NCBI GenBank assembly: GCA_964612105.1
Contig: CAZTEU010000004.1
Location: 60,897 to 124,101 of the forward strand
Length of the DNA: 63,205 bases
Direction of reading: 5' to 3'
DNA from: an uncultured Gammaproteobacteria bacterium
GTDB lineage: Bacteria; Patescibacteriota; Patescibacteriia; Magasanikbacterales; UBA922
Under the pieces are notes generated by a model. The model was not told the DNA's origin. It ran no database searches and worked only from the letters and a program-made list of their open reading frames with translations. The first letter of the stretch is position 1; the number at the start of each line of letters is the position of its first letter. This document shows positions 60,492-63,205 of the stretch, one piece after another. A program made the position numbers and the translations under genes.

Positions 60492-60583
60492 ACACAACGT
60501 TTCGGCATAGCCGAAGTTTTGCAGTGGTAAAATGGGAGCGCTAGCGACCCACCACTGCAAAATTTGGGTGAGCGAGCGTTAAA
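60492..60583. repeat. attC-like site 2 (right arm missing)
   Basis: ACACAAC-GTTTC-GGCATA, internal stem TTTTGCAGTGG/CCACTGCAAAA, AATTTGGGTGAGC motif. Confidence 0.55.
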
Positions 60584-60642
60584 AATAAAATCACTTAAAA
60601 CAGTTGTTTAATTCCAAAGACTAGGAGACCGATAACTCCTAA

Positions 60643-60798
60643 AAACAAAATCTATTCTTTGCTTTCTTTTATAATATACTCGCTATACCACTTGCCGCTG
60701 CTGGTTTCTTAAATCCTATTGTTGCGGCTGTTGCTATGAGCTTAAGCAGTGTTTCTGTGGTCGGGAATAGCTTAAGAATTAGGAGGAAAGGATTTTAA
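60643..60798 (+). pseudogene. C-terminal remnant of a heavy-metal P1B-type ATPase
   Basis: [45 protein letters not shown]; in-frame stop immediately upstream. Confidence 0.85.
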
Positions 60799-60938
60799 TA
60801 TTTTCTCTATCAATCACTTGGGGCTATCTTTTGATTAAGAAGACTAACTTTTATAAGGTTGACAAGTTTGCCCTCCCGTGCTATATATAACCCCACAAAA
60901 CCCGCCCTTTAGTCTGGGCACGTTCTTTGGAGAATCAA

Positions 60939-61424
60939 ATGAAGAAAGTAGTACTTTCTGCACTTCCTTTTATGGTGTACGGTATTGTGGCGTATTTGAT
61001 CTCGGCTCATGTCTTCTATGCGGCGTCTGGTTCTTTCAACGCATCTACCGCATTTGCCGCCAGATTAGCTACCTTCACTGCCGTATACACCACCTTCCTC
61101 TCTGCAGCCACTATCAGTGATACTTTCAGAAGTACTATCGCCGATCTGGGCTTCGCCGTCGCTTTTGCTTTCGCTTGCGCTTACATCATCACTGTCTTCT
61201 CCACCAACCTCACCAACACTACCTTCTTTGCCTACTTTGTCACCCTTGTTTTCGCCGCTGCCTACGCTGCCGCCATGCCCACCATAATCGGCGGTATCAG
61301 TGGCTCCATCGATCTAGGCGAGTATCCAGTCAATGTGGTCTACTGGAAGGCTTTCCTTGTCTATCTTCTTGAGGCGATAGCCATCTTCACATTCGTCTAC
61401 TTCTACCATATCAGTGTTGAATGA
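60939..61424 (+). CDS. GC-rich multi-TM orphan
   Basis: TTGACA promoter, GGAG SD, 3' GC hairpin and CACCT/AGGTG terminator. Confidence 0.65.
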   Translation: MKKVVLSALPFMVYGIVAYLISAHVFYAASGSFNASTAFAARLATFTAVYTTFLSAATISDTFRSTIADLGFAVAFAFACAYIITVFSTNLTNTTFFAYFVTLVFAAAYAAAMPTIIGGISGSIDLGEYPVNVVYWKAFLVYLLEAIAIFTFVYFYHISVE

Positions 61425-61571
61425 TATAATGGAGGAGAACCTAACCCCTCGTGCCCACCGACTAAGCATCGGCTGGGCACGGGCGGGCAAACACAATTAA
61501 CCACCTAAATAGGTGTTTTTTTATTTGCCCCAAGAGATTGATAGTGTAAAAAAAGAAATGGGAAAACAATT

Positions 61572-61677
61572 TCGTACAACGTTTCGGCATATCTGATGTT
61601 TGCCGTAGCGTAGCGGAGGCAAATATGGGTGGAGGCTTTTGTATAAAAGCCGTAACCAGATATGCCGTGTTGTACGA
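61572..61677. repeat. attC-like site 3 (complete)
   Basis: TCGTACAAC-GTTTC-GGCATATCTG … CAGATATGCC-GT-GTTGTACGA. Confidence 0.8.
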
Positions 61678-61735
61678 TGTAATGAAAAATTCTTAATTCG
61701 CGATAGCGAATTATTTAATCGGGCAAATTTATTTT

Positions 61736-62554
61736 TTAAGTTTTTTCTTGCAATTTCAAATCTTCTTTCGAGACACCTAATAATTCATGTAGATATTGAT
61801 ATACTTCTTCAGTATTATCTCTGGAAAATTTTGCAATAATTTCATCCTTTGAAACATAGTCAGGTATTAAATATTCATCTTCTTCTAATCCAAAATGATT
61901 GTCCGTATTACTGTTTATTACAGAATCAATTGGAATTTTAAGAACATAAATTTCATATTGAAGCTGTTCTGCTGCGTCCGGTACATTTCCAGTACCAGCC
62001 TCTGCACAAGGAATACTGGTTGTGGCCGAAATGAATGACGAACCACCTCTTTGACTTTGTTTCATAGCAAGTTCTTCTGCGATACTTTGGGAAGATGGTT
62101 TGGCTACTGTAAGATAACGTTCATCTCCATAAATTGCATAACCGACTTCGTCTGATGATTGAAGTTGTTCCGTTAACTGTTTGGTTGATAATTTTCCATA
62201 TCCATAGGTTCTTGTGTAAAAACCTTTCTCGTCTAAATTAGGATGATCCCCGCGTAGTAAATAAATAAAACCGTCTTTGATAAATTTTGGATTTAACGTA
62301 GTTTTCCATAATTCAAATTGTAATTCAGAAATTCTTGTTCTATCTTGGTATCCATTTTCTCTAAGAATTTCCTCAATATCACGACTGGAATATAATAAAC
62401 TTTTCCTATCAAATAAAGAAACGAGTTCCGGGTTATCTTTGATATTTTCCCAGTTCGCCCAAAGATTATCTAATCGTTCTTTACGTTGTTCTAGATTTTC
62501 TTGTACTGCTTCTGGATTTTTTATGAATTGTGGGTCTCTGCCAAAATTTTCCAT
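61736..62554 (-). CDS. Cassette protein, putative R-S-E ADP-ribosyltransferase fold
   Basis: YLLRGD, SFISATTS and EEDEYL in the expected order. Confidence 0.5.
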   Translation of the reverse strand: MENFGRDPQFIKNPEAVQENLEQRKERLDNLWANWENIKDNPELVSLFDRKSLLYSSRDIEEILRENGYQDRTRISELQFELWKTTLNPKFIKDGFIYLLRGDHPNLDEKGFYTRTYGYGKLSTKQLTEQLQSSDEVGYAIYGDERYLTVAKPSSQSIAEELAMKQSQRGGSSFISATTSIPCAEAGTGNVPDAAEQLQYEIYVLKIPIDSVINSNTDNHFGLEEDEYLIPDYVSKDEIIAKFSRDNTEEVYQYLHELLGVSKEDLKLQEKT

Positions 62555-62625
62555 ATATGTAGATTTAAAAAATAAATTTGCCCCGATTAATTTGCCCGAC
62601 AGGGCAAAAAGAATTTTTCATTATT

Positions 62626-62811
62626 TCGTACAATGTACCTGCATAAGAGAAGTTGCGCCGTCTAAATCATCGAGATCGTCATCATCAAGCATACAGTATA
62701 GATACCATCAATCGTCAATATCAGTAGCGCAATTTGGGAGAGGGGAAACGCAACACCTTATCAAAATTAAATTTTTGCTTTTCCCCGAACCTCTTATGCA
62801 GTGTTATAAGA
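62626..62811. repeat. attC-like site 4 (long loop)
   Basis: TCGTACAAT-GTACC-TGCATAAGAG … CTCTTATGCA-GT-GTTATAA. Confidence 0.75.
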
Positions 62812-62829
62812 TGTAATCAAAAGCCGCCG

Positions 62830-63174
62830 TTATTTACCGTTTAGTTTTCTAATCCTTTTAATAACTGAATCTTGGTACAATCTAAAAGCTTTTCGTTTCT
62901 CCTTTGGGTATAGATATGGCGTCCCAAGAACTTCTCTACAATGTCCGCATGTTAGTTTAGGAATACTTTTCAGGCTTATATTTTGAAGATCAATAAATTT
63001 TGTTGGGTGAAGTATTCGATCCATATATAAGCGCCGTAAGTTCCCAGAACCGTCTTTTTGATACACCAAAAGTAATTTTTCACACTTACGACAGGACACA
63101 TTCAACAACCTTGAGTGTCCGCCCCGACTCGATTTATACTTATCTCGTTTAAACGAAAAGCTTGTTCTCTTCAT
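62830..63174 (-). CDS. Basic zinc-ribbon cassette protein
   Basis: CRKC and CGHC; YQKDGSGNLRRLY. Confidence 0.7.
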   Translation of the reverse strand: MKRTSFSFKRDKYKSSRGGHSRLLNVSCRKCEKLLLVYQKDGSGNLRRLYMDRILHPTKFIDLQNISLKSIPKLTCGHCREVLGTPYLYPKEKRKAFRLYQDSVIKRIRKLNGK

Positions 63175-63194
63175 ATAAGGCTTTTGATTATTTC

Positions 63195-63205
63195 ATATAA
63201 CGTTC
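63195..63205. repeat. Start of attC-like site 5 (cut by window edge)
   Basis: ATATAAC-GTTC, preceded by an inverted repeat of 62803-62825. Confidence 0.55.

Noticed and set aside
80-62816. Many short antisense or overlapping ORFs in the track (e.g. 1101..1517, 6843..7418, 16191..16616, 47436..48197, 62277..62816)
   Set aside because: Shadow frames of well-supported genes or repeats, with no motifs or expression signals
1-63205. Alternative genetic code (TGA recoded, as in Gracilibacteria)
   Set aside because: Conserved genes are full length in code 11 and TGA ends genes such as the CPA2 antiporter

Overview
AT-rich bacterial chromosome window read in the standard genetic code. Gene content and style suggest Patescibacteria/CPR (inference only). 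The housekeeping backbone includes six tRNAs near the left end plus tRNA-Gly(TCC) and tRNA-Leu (five of the left-end genes are cleanly resolved: Ala, Phe, Pro, Gly, fMet), efp, transketolase, ruvB, nrdAB with tandem NrdR boxes, uppS, ahcY, typA, DsbA/VKOR/CcdA and a MacAB-type ABC system. Four accessory architectures stand out. (1) About 5.9-18.6 kb: a tandem array of 0.7-3.1 kb modules (TA pairs, TrmB-like regulators, orphans) downstream of tRNA-Gly(TCC). Modules are separated by nine copies of a non-attC 28-bp core (consensus TGAGCTGGCTACTAGAGGACGTTAGAAC), usually next to a terminator hairpin, and the tRNA-proximal module is exactly duplicated. (2) A dispersed family of GC-rich, self-contained orphan genes (sigma70 promoter, strong SD, shared terminator family). 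Two of them share a 94-nt covarying structured leader. (3) About 59.6-63.2 kb: an attC-like cassette array with no integrase in view, including a site that appears interrupted by hicAB and a putative ADP-ribosyltransferase cassette. (4) A 300-bp duplication of the ahcY 3' end bracketing an orphan module. All calls are from reading the sequence and ORF track; no database searches were run.
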